A stretch of DNA of 64,000 nucleotides, from positions 992,001 to 1,056,000 of the forward strand of contig NW_027191408.1 of NCBI RefSeq assembly GCF_041146345.1. The letters are read 5' to 3'. The position numbers were made by a program, and so were the translations under genes. Origin of the DNA: Neodothiora populina. Taxonomy: Eukaryota. This document shows, in pieces, positions 63,531 to 64,000 of the stretch. The notes under the pieces were generated by a model. It was not told the DNA's origin, did not search any database, and saw only the letters and a list, made by a program, of their open reading frames with translations. Every line of letters starts with the position of its first letter. Within the stretch, counting starts at the first letter, position 1.

Positions 63531-63560
<30 letters not shown>
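63531..63560. repeat. (CGA)10 microsatellite
   Basis: Perfect trinucleotide run just downstream of the hypothetical gene. Confidence 0.95.
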
Positions 63561-63561
<1 letters not shown>

Positions 63562-64000
63562 TATGGATGAATGAATGTCGCACTTGCTCAATCTCGTCGA
63601 CGGACCTCCCAGCTTCCCTCAGCTGTTGTTCTTCTCAGCCTGAGGTCAAAGATCGACCATCGATCAGAGATTTGGGTGGATGTTTTCAAGACGAAAAAAA
63701 CGAGAGAGCCGACACGGCACGACTGCTCAGACTCGACTTCGCGACTCCGCGGCCTTGATCTGTATGCCCCATTCATCCATCTAACCCCCGACAATCATAT
63801 TGTTCACTCGGACCTCGACACAATATTCTCCATTTCGATGTTGTCTCCGCCGATGCACCGTTCTTGGACGATTTACGTTGTTCTTTCCTCGAATGATGGA
63901 TGCACGATTGAGCGCGCGAGGGACAGAGTCGGTGAGTCGAGGTCTTGATACGGAAGACAGAGGGTCAGTGAGGCAGCAAAGAGAGTGACTCGGCGAGGAG

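Noticed and set aside
1..64000. tRNA genes, CRISPR arrays, prokaryotic operons
   Set aside because: No cloverleaf with A/B boxes and no repeat-spacer array was noticed by eye. The DNA is intron-containing fungal sequence. tRNAscan-SE was not run.

Overview
Eukaryotic (filamentous ascomycete, Pezizomycotina-type) genomic DNA with short GT-AG introns and CTRAY branch sites. I reconstructed 12 apparently intact protein genes: KRE6/SKN1-like, HFL1/TMEM184-like, CSF1, a Git3-like GPCR, a divergent calmodulin paralog, an uncharacterised ~7-TM protein, a metallo-beta-lactamase/lactonase, ARH1, an uncharacterised 698-aa membrane protein, flbD-like Myb, MTC6-like and L2HGDH-like. There is also one hypothetical ORF, one kinase pseudogene and two dispersed 5S rRNA genes. 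The most notable structure is a ~19.6 kb gene-poor interval (20649-40256) bracketed by two outward-facing, inverted 5S rRNA genes that differ by compensatory base changes. It holds only sensing/signalling-type genes (GPCR, second calmodulin, 7-TM protein, lactonase, decayed kinase), while conserved housekeeping genes lie outside it. No transposase, Starship captain, tRNA or CRISPR array was recognised. All family assignments come from motif recognition by eye; no database search was run.
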